Shown here in pieces: positions 1 to 13,000 of a DNA stretch of 45,324 nt (positions are counted from its first letter, which is position 1; each line of letters begins with the position of its first letter). A model generated the notes under the pieces. The model did not search any database. It saw only the letters and a program-made list of their open reading frames with translations, and was not told the DNA's origin. Both the position numbers and the translations under genes were made by a program. The stretch is from Piromyces finnis finn (lineage: Eukaryota > Fungi > Neocallimastigomycota), in contig MCFH01000110.1 of the NCBI GenBank assembly GCA_002104945.1, positions 1 to 45,324 of the forward strand, written 5' to 3'.

Positions 1-809
1 ATATAATATAAATCTTTAAACCATGTTAATATGTTTATCTTTTTATACTTGACTATTTTATAAAAAGATAAAAACGGGATTACATAAAAATCCTATATAA
101 AATATGACTTTGTCTAGCCAGACATTTCTTCATCATATAAATTGTAGTATCTTTATATAGAATACTATTATTGAACATTTAATTTTTACAAGACCATATA
201 AAGCATTAAATCATATTAAATATTTTATTATTATCCTATTCCTCTTTCTTTTTATATAAATACCTATTGAATAATAATATAATAATAAAATATATATAAA
301 AAGAAAAATTGGATTTTATTCTTAAAAAAAAAAAATTATAAATATTTATAATGTGTTTGTAATATTCATTAATAAATAAAAACTACAATAATAATTATAT
401 ATAAGTAAATAAAAAAAAGCATTTATATTTTATTTAAAAATAATTAATTGTGTTATTAATCCAATTTTAGTAGTTTTTAAAAATATAAATGATGATATAA
501 AACAGCTCTTTTTTTTTTTTTTTTTTTTTAATGTCTAAGTATAATACCACATTTACCTTTTATCAATTTTTATGTTGACACAATAAAAAATTAAAAAAAA
601 AAAAAATTAAATTTTAATATAAATAAATTTTATTTTATGGATCCATTTAATTTATCATTAATTTTTTTAATATTATTAAAAATTAATATTTTATTTTTTA
701 TTTTATTTTTCTTTTCCGAGTAAAATTCATTATTTAATTTCATTTTTATTATTTGATTTTATCATATTATATTATTATTTTATAGTTTTAAAACAATAAC
801 AATACAACC

Positions 810-3031
810 ATGTCAAAAAGAAAATTAAATATTATTGAAGACAAACCCATTTTCAAAAAAGCAAATGGTATTATTTAATATTAAACTTTTAATAAAAAAA
901 AAGGTCACATAATTTGAAATTAGTCATAGTTTAATTAAATATTGTTAAAAAAAAAAGTACCAGTAAATAATATAACACCCCCCAAAAGTTCATTATTATT
1001 TAAACAATTTACTCTATTGTATTTCTTTTTTTAAATTTTATTTTTAATTTATTTCTCATTTTTACTATATAAATTAAAGTATTATTAATTTGTAATTTTA
1101 TATAAATACGTATATTTTATTTATCTTGATATTTGGAATAAAATAGTTAACATGCATGATGATTGGATAGAAGATGATACTATATTAATAAAACAATTTA
1201 AAGACCAAACACCAAATTCTAAAATTGCAGCATTTGATTTGGTATATTTTTATTTGATAATATATTAATTGACAGTTTTCTATTTCTTTTTTTTAATATT
1301 AATGTTATTATACTCTTTCTGTAAAAAAAGGATGACACAATAATAAAAGTAAAGGGTAAAGCAAAGTTTCCAAAAGATGAAAATGATTGGCAATTCTTAT
1401 ATTCCTCAACATCAAGTAAATTAAAGAAATTAGTTAATGACGGGTATTTATTTAATATAATAGTTATTATTATTATTATTATTATTATTTTTCCTTTTTT
1501 TTTTTTTTTTTTTTTAAATATTTATTAATACTTTTAATTTTACAATCGGAATATTAATTATAAAAGCTATCGTGTAGTTATATTTTCTAACCAGAATGGA
1601 TTTTCTAGAAAAGATAGAAAAAAAAATGGATTATTAAAAGAAAAACAATTTAAAAAGAAAATTGAAAATATTTTTAAAATTATCGATATACCTATTACAA
1701 TTTTTTGTGCTGTTGAAAAGGATAAATTTAGAAAGCCATGCTTTGGCATGTGGAATACATTTTTAGAAAAATATAACAAAATTGAAATAAGTATGCTTTG
1801 TATTTAAAAAAATTAATATTTAAACTAAAATAAATATTAATTTTTTTTTTAATATATGATAAAAGATTATGAAAAAAGTTTTTTCTGTGGTGATGCTGCA
1901 GGAAGACCAGACGGATGGAAGTTGAAGGCAAAAAAAGATTTTTCGGATACTGACAGGTATTAATTACTTTTTTTTTTTTTTAGTATAAAAATAATAATAT
2001 ACTTTGATACGACAATAGAGAAAAAAAGCTCTAAAAATATATTTAATATCCATTTATTAATAATTATAAATTATAATTAATAAATATTAATCTCAAACAA
2101 ATGAATCCTTTTAATCATATCTAGAAAATTTGCTATGAATTGTAAATTAAATTTCTATACACCAGATGAATATTTCATGAATGAAAAACCGGCACAATTT
2201 AATTTAGTTTCCGATCCATCTACTTTAAAAAATAAAGATATTCCACTGTTTGAACCATCAGATAAACCTTTAATACCAAAAGACAAACATACTGAAATGA
2301 TTATATTTGTAGGTTATCCAGGAAGTGGTAAGTCCCATTTTGCCAAGAAATATTTACTACAAGAAGGTTATGTTCATATTAATCAAGTAATTCATGGTTT
2401 TGATTCTAATTGTATATAGTAATGTATACCATTTTTTAAATAATATTAATAATTTTTATTTTATTATAAAATTGATTGAAAAGGATACTTTAAAAACAGC
2501 AGATAAATGTTTAAAAACTGCTGAAAAAGAATTGAAAATGCAACATTCTGTTGTTATTGGTATTTATTTTAGTTTATTTTTTACTCTTTTTTTTTTTTTT
2601 TTTTTTTAAGCAAAATAATAATTTTCTTTTCTTTCTTTCTTTTTTTATAGATAATACTAATCCATCGAAGAAGAAAAGATCCGATTATATTAAAATGGCA
2701 CAAAAATTAGATATACCTGTTCGTTGCTTTAAATTTGAAACACCAGAAGATATTAGTTTACATAATAATAAATATAGAGAGGTAGTTTTAATAAAACTTT
2801 TTTATTTTTCTCCCCCCCCTTTTTTTTTTTTAAATTAATAATTTTGATATATTAAATTATTAGATTATAAAAGGTGAAACTTTAATACCAACTATTGCCT
2901 ATCGATTCTATAATTCTAATTATGTAAAACCAACATTGGATGAAGGATTTGAAGAAATTAAAAAAATTAACTTTATACCAACATTTGACAATAAAAAACA
3001 AGAAGAGGAATATTATAACTATTATGTATAA
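810..3031 (+). CDS. PNKP: Bifunctional polynucleotide kinase 3'-phosphatase (PNKP/Pnk1), 9 exons: 810-867, 1147-1241, 1331-1443, 1567-1790, 1866-1956, 2125-2386, 2484-2559, 2651-2781, 2864-3031
   Basis: The spliced translation has a HAD phosphatase motif (KIAAFDLDDTII), VIFSNQ, FRKP and FCGDAAGR...DFSDTDRKFA. These are followed by a kinase P-loop (IFVGYPGSGKS) and VVIDNTNPS. All introns are GT-AG and in phase. Confidence 0.94.
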
Positions 3032-3732
3032 TTAAGGATAATCATATATACCTATTTTTCTAATTATAATTCTAACAATTTTAACAACTTTTTTTTAAAC
3101 GAGTTAATAAATAATTTGTATAATAAACTTTAATAAATATATTTATATATATTAAAAATCTCCAAAATTGACAACACTTTTTTTTTTTTTTTTTTTCTAA
3201 AGTAAATAAATGAATTAGACATAATAATAATAAATCACATAGAAAGAGTATAGCATGTTGTTTATTTTATTTATATTTATAATATCCATATACGTTTAAC
3301 TATTTATTCACATTTTTTTTTAAAAAATAAAAATTCATGTGATATATATAAACTATAAAAATATATATCTATATAAATTGGTTCTTTATATTTTTATATA
3401 AAAATTTTCATCTTCATTTATATACATTAGAATAATTATTTTAATCTTGAATGAATATATTACAAAATATATAGATTTTTTTCCTTAAATTTAAGATTTG
3501 TAATAAATCTTTATTAAGAAATGGTATATATCTATATTAAATATTTTTTTATATAAAAGATAAAATGAGATGCTTTATTTTTCTCTCCTTTTATAGTTAT
3601 TATGTACGAATATTAATAGTCTTTTTTAAACATATTTATATATCCAGTAATTAATTATTTCCATTGTATTATGTTACGTGTATATATTGTAATTTATAAA
3701 AACTTTCTTTTATAGTCTAATTTCAGTAAATT

Positions 3733-4467
3733 TTAAAGATTACTAAGAAAGTCATTTAAACTATAAGTTTTTGGCTTTTTATTTTCATTTGACTTTGATA
3801 AAAGTTGTTGTAAATCGCTCTTATTTCTCTTTCTTTTTTTATTTTTACTTTGATTATTTGACGATAAGGAAGAAACACTTGTATTGCTATTATTTCTTGA
3901 ATGATTTGGATTAGGCTTATTTACATCAATGGCTGATTTCTTATTAGTAAATTTGTTTGGTAAATTCATTTCCATTTCCTCATCTATTGTTTCTAGGGAT
4001 GGTTTTTCTAATTTATAATTATTAGAAGTACCATTAAATATTGTTTCTTTTCTACAGACATTACAAGTATATTTTACAACATTTGAATATTTATAATATT
4101 GAAAATTATCATTTTTATCTTCTAATGAATAATATAATTTTTCATTATTACAAGTATTATTTGGCTTTTCATCTTCATCCATACAATCCATTTGATTGTT
4201 ACTATCTTTTTGAGAATTTTTTCTTTTTATTTTATTTTTTTTATTATGTTTTTTTGTTTTAATAGATTTTATTTCAATTTTACAAGTTACGCCTGGAATG
4301 AAAAGTGTACTACAATGAGTACAAAAGCGTCTTATGAGTGATTTTGAAATACTAACATTTTTATCACTTTGTATTTGAGATAAGTAAAAACTTGATAAAG
4401 CTGGATTAAATTCTAATACTTCATGTGCAGCTGTCCATAAAAATTGCATTCTTGTTAATGAATCCAT
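3733..4467 (-). CDS. SNM1: Rpr2/Rpp21/Snm1-family zinc-binding protein, most like the RNase MRP-specific Snm1/RMP24 (C18orf21) type; intronless, 244 aa
   Basis: N-terminal RMQFLWTAAH..L...ALSSFY, two CxxC pairs (FCTHC...PG, YTCNVC) and a basic C-terminal tail KKRKRNKSDLQQLLSK...SLNDFLSNL. The tail resembles those of yeast Snm1 and human C18orf21 as I recall them; RPP21 lacks such a tail. Confidence 0.8.
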   Translation of the reverse strand: MDSLTRMQFLWTAAHEVLEFNPALSSFYLSQIQSDKNVSISKSLIRRFCTHCSTLFIPGVTCKIEIKSIKTKKHNKKNKIKRKNSQKDSNNQMDCMDEDEKPNNTCNNEKLYYSLEDKNDNFQYYKYSNVVKYTCNVCRKETIFNGTSNNYKLEKPSLETIDEEMEMNLPNKFTNKKSAIDVNKPNPNHSRNNSNTSVSSLSSNNQSKNKKRKRNKSDLQQLLSKSNENKKPKTYSLNDFLSNL

Positions 4468-5742
4468 TGTAGTTTAATGTTATTATATGAAAAAATATAA
4501 AACTGATTCGATCCTAAAAGTCTATAGTTTTAAAAACACTAATAACTAAAATAGTAACAACAAAGAGATGTAGTAAATAAATAATAATAATAAAAAAAAG
4601 TAAAAAGAAATACTTTGAATATTTATATGTATAACAAAAAATACTATTTACAAAAAATGAATAATAAACTTTACTTTTAAAAAAAAAAAAAATAAAAAAT
4701 TTAATATTTTTTTTCCCTTTTTTCTATAAAATAAGATTATTAAAAATAGTTTTCAATAGATATAAAAGAAAAAAAATGATTGGTTATAAAGAAAATACAA
4801 AAAAAAAAAATTCTATTGTTATCGTTTCCTATGAAGGTAAATGAATGAATGAATAAATTTTAATTTATAACTATATAAAGTAAATAAATGAATAAATAAA
4901 TTTTATTTCATTCCACCACCCAAAAAAGGACAAATAAATATTTTGTCACTGTAAAAAAAACTATAAACAAATTTTTAATTAAAATAAATTAAAATAATGA
5001 AAAGGATATCATTCAATATTTTTGTTTTATTATTTAAAAAAAAAATAAAAATAAAAATAAAAACCTTTACAAGAATTTGTAGAGCAAAGAATTATTATAA
5101 ATTGTATATTCGTGTATATAAACTTTTTATTCTACCGTTCATTCATTCGTACAAAGAAAATTTTTTTAACCTTTTATAAACCTTAAATTAGTTGTAAGTA
5201 ACGTTACAGCTGTAATTATTTCCCCTAAAACAATATATAATTTATTGTGTTCAGTATATTCTCAATAGGAGAAATAAATAGAGTTTAATCAACTTTCAAG
5301 GTTAAATCGTCTCCTTATTATTAAGCATTAATCTTCAAAGGGTTTTTAAAAAAGAAAAATATGTAACTTTTACAAAAAGCAAAAAAAAAAAAGATTTTGT
5401 TTTATAACTTAACCAATGAACTAATCATATTTTTTTTTTTTTTTTTTTTTTTTACTTTTCCATAAAAAATATTGTCTCAGAAGAAAAAGATAGAAATTTA
5501 TAATAAGCAAGATTAAATAATATATATAAATAGTATTGTTAAATTTTCTTTCCATATCTTAATTGATACTTTGTCTTTTTTTTTTTTTTTTATTATTATT
5601 CATATCTTTTATTTATCATTAAATATTATCACAAATATATATATATATTTTAAAATAAAATAAAATAAAATAGTACTGTAAATTCATATTATAAAATAAT
5701 TTTTTTTATAAACTTAAATATTGATTCTTTTTAATAATTTTA

Positions 5743-5777
<35 letters not shown>

Positions 5778-5970
5778 GGATACAGTTAAATAAATTAAAT
5801 ATTAATAAAAACAAAAAATAAATTAAAAAAGATAATAATTAATTAATTAATTGTATTAAAAAAATTCACACATAATAACTTAATAATAAATTAACCTCAT
5901 TTCTTTGCTTTTTATATCGTTTGTTCTTTTTTTTTTTTTTTGGTATATTTTAATAATATATAATACAAAT

Positions 5971-8458
5971 TTAACGACGATAATAATTTCTTCTAAAGTG
6001 GAAATGAAGTTGAAGTACATTTTTATCAAAGGAACATTTAAATCCTTTTTTATGACTATGCTCCCATTCACGATTAACAATACGGAATGCAATATCTTCA
6101 TATGGTGGTCCTGCAATAAATCTAATAAGTATAGTATCAGGATAACCACTATCTTTTTCAATACGATAGGTAGGTGTTTTGGTTTTGTCAATTAAATCTG
6201 GATAAAATATATTGAATTTATAACCTTGAACAACCTTTGGTGGTGGATTATCAACATCATAGTGAGTTTGATTGTATTTATTCCATTCATAACCAGTATG
6301 TACTCTATTGAAGAAACGTGGCTTTCTTGGTCTGTATTTATCTTGCCATAAATATGTCTAATTTTTAAGTAAATTAAAAAAAAAATATAAAATACATGAT
6401 ATTTATTTTGATATTAGGAAAAATTAAAAAAAAATTATTACAAAAAAATTTTTAAAACATACTTTTTGGGTTTCTTTAATAGCATCAAGTTCATAGTCAT
6501 CACCTTCGTCTTCTTCATCTTCTTCATCATTAGTTATTTTTAATGATTCATTAAATGGTTGTAGGTCATCATTCTTTTCTTCTTCATGATCTGAAACGTC
6601 TTCTTGTGTACTTTCCTTATCAGATTTATGATCATTATGATCAACATGATCTTCATTACTTTTGTTTTCCATTTCTTGTCTTTGTTTTTCACGTAATTGT
6701 TCAATTCTATTGGCTAAAAGTTCGGTGTGCATTTCCTTTATTTTAGCTTTAGCTTTCCATACTACTAATGCTTTTAATAATACTTCCCAATATTCTACAT
6801 CAATTGGCCCTCCATCTGATAATTTTTGTTTAACTTGATCTTCTAATTTACATAATTGATTGTAGGTTTTGTTTCCCATTAAATGGTGAATATCATTTTC
6901 AATATCATCACTAATACCAGTTGTAGGTCCACCAATTGATTTTTGTTTTGAAATTTCTTCATCGCAAATAATTAAAAGTGCCTTTTTTTTTTTTTTAAAT
7001 ATCAATATATATAAATATTTATAAATAAATTTTAAAAAAAAAGTTATCAACATCATTGTTATTAATTGTAAAATAAATGTATATTATTTTAGAATGCATA
7101 TCTTTTTTTTTTTTTTATTACCTTCCAAAAACTAATATTCTTTTCATCATTTTCTAATTCCAAATAATAATTTATATCTCCTTGTAATTCTTCTAACTCT
7201 CTCAAAGATAAATTCTTTTGTTGTTATGTATTAAATTATTATAATGAATAAATTTATAGAAATAAATATTTTTACCATTATAAATATAAATTATTAATAT
7301 ATTATTATTATTATTATTATTATCACCTCAAATAATTTGTAGGGTTCATCCAATTCCATATTAATATCTATTTGTTCAAATTTTTCTGCTATGGATGAAT
7401 CGGTTCTTGAGCTGATATTTAATGCTAATATATCTATTGGTTTTATTCTACCTTCCTTAAAACGTATTTTTGCGCGTGTTTTAGCTTGCTCAAGATGGAA
7501 TTTCTTTTCTTTTGCTTCCCAATCTCCCAATGCTTGTCTATCCTGATCTCTTTGTAATCTCATCTTTAATTATATATGAATTTCAAGTTAATTTTAATTT
7601 TTATACTTTGTTAAAATAATTAAATTTTCAAATTCATTTAATGTTATATTTACTTGTTCTTCTTCTCTTAATCTCATTTCATTTTCACGCTCTTCTCTTC
7701 TTCTTTTCAATTTTTCCATTTCCAACTAATAATTTAATTAGAATAAAAATGAGATATTGTATTATTACATATTTTGATATCAGTATTATTATATTCCGAA
7801 TAACTATATATCTAAAAACCTTTTTAAGAATTTGAATAATTCTATTATTTCATTTAATTTTATATTTTATACTTACCATTGTTTCTTCATGTCTTTCTTT
7901 TTCAATTCTTAATCTTTCTGATGAGGTAATACCTTGTTTAGCTTCTTGTTCTCTCTTTTTTTGCCAAACAAATTTTTGTGTTAAATTTGAATCACCAAAT
8001 GGGTTATCAGTGTTGGTATAACCTAATGAAGCTGTCATTTGTGCTGCAATTTGGGCTTCTTGTTGAGCTTTTAATTCCTTTTTTAAAAGCTATAAGATTA
8101 AAAAGTATGACCAAACAATTATTAAATAATTTTAAAATGGAAATTTCAGAATTTAATTTTAAAATTTATATGGATTTCAAATTTATTTTTATAATGAAAA
8201 TAAATTTTATTATTACTATTTTTTTTAAAAAAATACCTTTTTTTCTTGTTTTATTCTTTCTCTTTCTTCAGAATCATGTCTTCTACTGTGTTTTCTATGT
8301 TTTTTACTTTCATGTCTTTTATGTTTTCTATATCTTTCCCTTGAACTTGAACTTGAGTCGGAAGAACTTGATCTATAATGTCTTTTAGATCTTGAACTAT
8401 GTTTTCTACTTCTAGATCTTCTTTCTTCCCTTTCACTATCACTTGAATGATACGCCAT
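5971..8458 (-). CDS. CACTIN: Cactin (spliceosome C* factor), 7 exons: 8458-8237, 8089-7877, 7725-7654, 7563-7327, 7214-7122, 6981-6463, 6357-5971
   Basis: RS/basic N-terminus, GYTNTDNPFGDSNLTQKFVW, the Cactin_mid region (WEAKEKKFHLEQAKTRAKIR..EGRIKPID) and the C-terminal domain DKYRPRKPRFFNRVHTGYEWNKYNQTHYD..NPPPKVVQGYKFNIFYPDLID. All junctions are in phase. Confidence 0.96.
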
Positions 8459-8924
8459 TTACTTTTTAAAAATTTTTAATTCAAAAAATTTCAAATAATT
8501 AATTGATTAGAAATTGTATTTAAAAAAAATTATCAAAAGATTTTTTTTCAAATTAACTTTTTGATGAAATTTATAAATACAAATTCAAATTTTTAATTAT
8601 TTTATTTTCTATAATTTTATTCCTTTACTTTGGGATTCAATAATTTAAATTATTTTTAATTTTACTCTTTATGTAATTTAAATAAGTTTTACCATTATTC
8701 TTAATTAAGCATACATTTTCTATTATAACACATTTTTTTATGTATGAAAAGCATATAAATCATTCATAAATTCTAGTTTTTTTTGAAAAATCAATGATAT
8801 ACATGTGATATTTTCAAATAATATAATTTAATTATTTAATAAATATTTATATGAATTATTTACAAATATATAATAATTTAAAAATTGTTATTTCCATCTA
8901 ATTAAATATAAATAATCAACATAT

Positions 8925-8937
8925 TACACGTGATATA
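8925..8937. promoter_or_regulatory. E-box TACACGTGATATA in the cactin/metacaspase divergent promoter (variant TACATGTGATAT at 8800-8811)
   Basis: An identical 13-mer occurs at 31978-31990. CACGTG is rare in DNA this AT-rich. Function is inferred. Confidence 0.45.
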
Positions 8938-9293
8938 TATGAGGTTTATGCCACAATTTTTATTAAAAAATTTGGTTTTAAATTATTATAAAACTTTTGT
9001 ACTACCTATTATTTATATTTTAATTTTAAAATATTTATATTAAAGTATATTGTAATATACTAATAATTGTTTAATAATTATTCAATTTCCAAATAACTTT
9101 AATTAATAATAAAATTGATAGTTAGATTAAATTGTTTAATAAATTAATTTTTAAAAATATTAAATTTTATTGGATAATGGTGTTATATTTTCTCATATTT
9201 TTCATTTTTATTAAGAGGTTTTAATTGACAAACTTAATTTATTATTAAATTTTTGATACTCACCCTGTTATTCTGTTATTCTATAAAAAGTAG

Positions 9294-9324
<31 letters not shown>

Positions 9325-10007
9325 TTATTATTTATTTTAATTCTTCTATAATTTAATAAAGAAAAATAAAGTTTTTTTTTTCTTTTTTCTTTTTTTTTAT
9401 TGAAAGAGAAAACAATTAATGAAATAAATAATATAATAATAATAATAAAAAAAAAAGAATAAATATACCAATTCAACTATTATATAACAATACTATTTTT
9501 GTTTCTATAATAGATTTGAAATATCAAATAAGCATTTTCGTATTATATTATTTATTTTCTTACTTGTTACTTCTAACTTAAAAAAGAAAATCTAAAATAC
9601 AATTGCTACAATCTTAAAATTTTAAATAAAAATATTATTACACATTCGTAGTTATTGAAAAATTGTATCTTAAAAATATAATTAAATTAAAAAAAAAAAC
9701 TTTGGAAGTTTTACATTAAAGAAAAAATTGTTCAGTATATTTTATAATAATAATTTATAATTTATAACAATAATAATATAAAAAAGATTATAATTTTATT
9801 TAGTTTTTAATGTATACCCTCCGAAACAAGTATTTTTAATATTTACATTGTATGTTTTTTTACTTCTTCAAATTTTAAATTATAAAATAAATTGGAAAGA
9901 TATAATATATTTAAATATTAAATAATTACTTTTATAATAAATACTTATTTGTATAAATATAACCTTTATTATACAGTAGATATATCAACGAATAATATTC
10001 AGTAAAA

Positions 10008-13000
10008 ATGGGTTTTAATTTATTAAAAAAAATAAAATATTGTTGCCAAGGCAATTCAGATAACTATTTCGATAGATCTTCTTATAGAAATGAAAGTAAA
10101 GTCAGTGCAGAAGATTTCTTTAGAAAGCGTAATGCGGAAGAAGTTGTTGATGATAGTATCAATAGTAATGTAAAATTTGATAGTAGCATTCTAAATAACG
10201 ATAAATTTAGCAATATTAAGCCTGTTGATATAGATGAATTTAGTATTTTAAGTGATAAAAATATTAATCAATTAAGAAAAAGAAATCCAGGATTAAACAA
10301 ATTTAATAATGATGTTATAAGACTTTCATTAAGAAAATCATTGTATGCTAATAATTTAGAACAAGATCTTGAGGAATTTATACAGGAACAACAAAGAGAA
10401 GCTAACAAATATGAAAAAAGAGAAAATCCTTATACCATTAGTGACATGAGAGAATTATATGACTTGATAAATAATTTAACGATAAAAGGTTAATATAATT
10501 TATTATTTATTAATCCTTTATATATTTTCCCCAAATTTCTCTTTATTTTTCTTTTCCTATATACAAATCATATGTTTGAGAAATTAAAAAAAAAAAAAAA
10601 AAAAAAAATTAAAGCAAATATATAAAAATACATAATTAATTATAAAAATAGAATTTTAACATTATTTTATAGAAATTTTACAAAAATATCGCATGTTTAT
10701 TATTTATATAGAAATATTAATTAAAATATAGAATTTTAAAAATAAAGTAAATCAAGTATTTAATTTAGATATATTGAAGTAATACCAAATAATACCAATT
10801 CAATATTAATTAAAAAAAAAAAAAAAAAAAAATTAAATTATGTCTATTGAATTAATTTATAATATAATAATCAACAATTATTAAAGGGAAAAAAAAATAG
10901 TGGAATGTAATAATAAATAAATGTTATTATATTATGAATAAAAATTTAAAAAATATAAAAAAGAACTTAAAGTTATTTATGATTTATTCTTTAAGTCTTC
11001 TCTTTTAATTATAGTTTAAACTATATCCTTTAATAATAAAGCTATTTTTTTTTTTTCCTAATTTTGTGTTGGGTGTTTGTAAATAGGAGAAGAATATTCA
11101 TTTTTTTAAATTATTAAATTTAATTATAACCTTTTTTTTTTTATTTTTATTTTATAAATAAAACAGAATTAAGAGGAAACTCTGGAAATGATATACCCAG
11201 TGTCAATAATGAAAAGTCAAAAACTGATTTTGAAAAGGCATTTCAAAATAATGAAAAGGTTGAAAATAAAGTTAATGAAAACTTTAATTCTGGAATCAAA
11301 AATCAAAGTAATATTACATCTGATAACAATAAATATTTAAAAATAAATACCAGCATTGTAAATTATATACCAAAAAGAGAAAAACTTTCAATAGATGAGA
11401 ATAAAAATATCGAAGAACAAGAGCATGAAAAAAAGTGCAATTCAACAGGTTCACTGTACAAAGATATCATTTGTAATGAACCAAAAAAAATGTTAAATCA
11501 ATCGCCAGAACAAAGTTCATTTGAAGTTGTTAATTCTTCCAATAACATAAAAAATAATTCTAATCAAATAACGAAATCATCTATTCTCAACTATTCTGAA
11601 ATTCTATTTCAATCAAGCAAGGATAAAAACATAGAACAACCTCATAACATACTATGCAATTCGCCACAACAAAGTTATACAGATATTATCTATGATTCAC
11701 CAGAATCCTCAAGTAATAATATACTTTGTTCATCACCTCAACAAACTTTTTCAGATATGGTTTGTGAATCACCTGTGGATGAATATGATATTAACAATAA
11801 TGATATTAATCATACGTTATGTGAATCTCCTATAGATACCACTAAAAATGTGTTATGTAGTTCACCCCAAAATAACTATTCAGAAATGATTTGTGAATCA
11901 CCTGTTGATGAATCGCCAAAGAATGAAACAGACATTTCCAGTATGTTATATCCTTCACCAAAACAAAAAATTTCTAATCCTATGGATCAAACTACTAAGT
12001 CTTCACCCAAAACTCAATCTTCTAAGGTAATAAGAAAATCTACAGGATATTCATTTAATTCAATTGAAGCTTTCATTGGAAATATTAGTATACAAAGTAA
12101 AGAAAATACCCTGATATCAAATCACGATAAAGATCATATGTATTCTCAACTTAAAATGACAGATCTTTCAAAAAAACATGATAATTCATTATATATGAGT
12201 AGTATATTAGGGTCATGTAAGTAAAATACTATTTTATTAATACTATTTAATAATAAAATAATTGATATAAAATAGAATAAAATATTCCTAATTATCCATT
12301 TTATAATTTACTATATATACTATAAATGAAAAATATTTCATAAAAAAATTAATTATTCTTGGTTAAAAATTAAAATTTTTTTTTTTTTCATATTGCATTA
12401 TAAATAATCACTTTTTTTTTTTTAAAAAAAAAAAAATTAGCATTTGAAGAAAAGAGCAAAATGAACTACTATCAAACAAGACCTTCACAGAATAGTGATA
12501 GTTTTCAAAGTATATATTCTTATGATAATATGGATAATTTAAGTTCAAGAAAAATTACAAAACGTGGTTTAAGAATATTAAAATCAAGAGATACATTGGA
12601 TAAGCAAAGACCTGTTAAAATAAGGTATATTATAATAATTAATGAAATGTTTTATATTTTAAAACTCTATAAAAGACCTTAAAATAATAATACATAACAT
12701 TTTTCATTATTGATATATTTAGAACAAGAAGGAGAAAAGCACTTCTTATTGGAATAAATTATGTTAATAAACCTTATGAATTACATGGCTGTATTAATGA
12801 TGCTCGTTACATTTATAGTTTTTTAAAAGAAAATTATGATTTTAAAGAAGAAAATTGTAGAATACTTACAGAGGATGCTGATGATGAGTCTTTAATTCCA
12901 ACTAAGAAAAATATTATAAATTCAATGAAATGGTTAGTTAGTGGTGCAAAACCAGGTGACTCCCTATTTTTCCATTACTCAGGTCATGGATTATCTTTTG

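Noticed and set aside
1232-1342. PNKP phosphatase motif reads DLDDT rather than DxDGT
   Set aside because: Both catalytic Asp residues are intact and this position varies among fungal homologues (e.g. DLDHT in yeast Tpp1, from recall).
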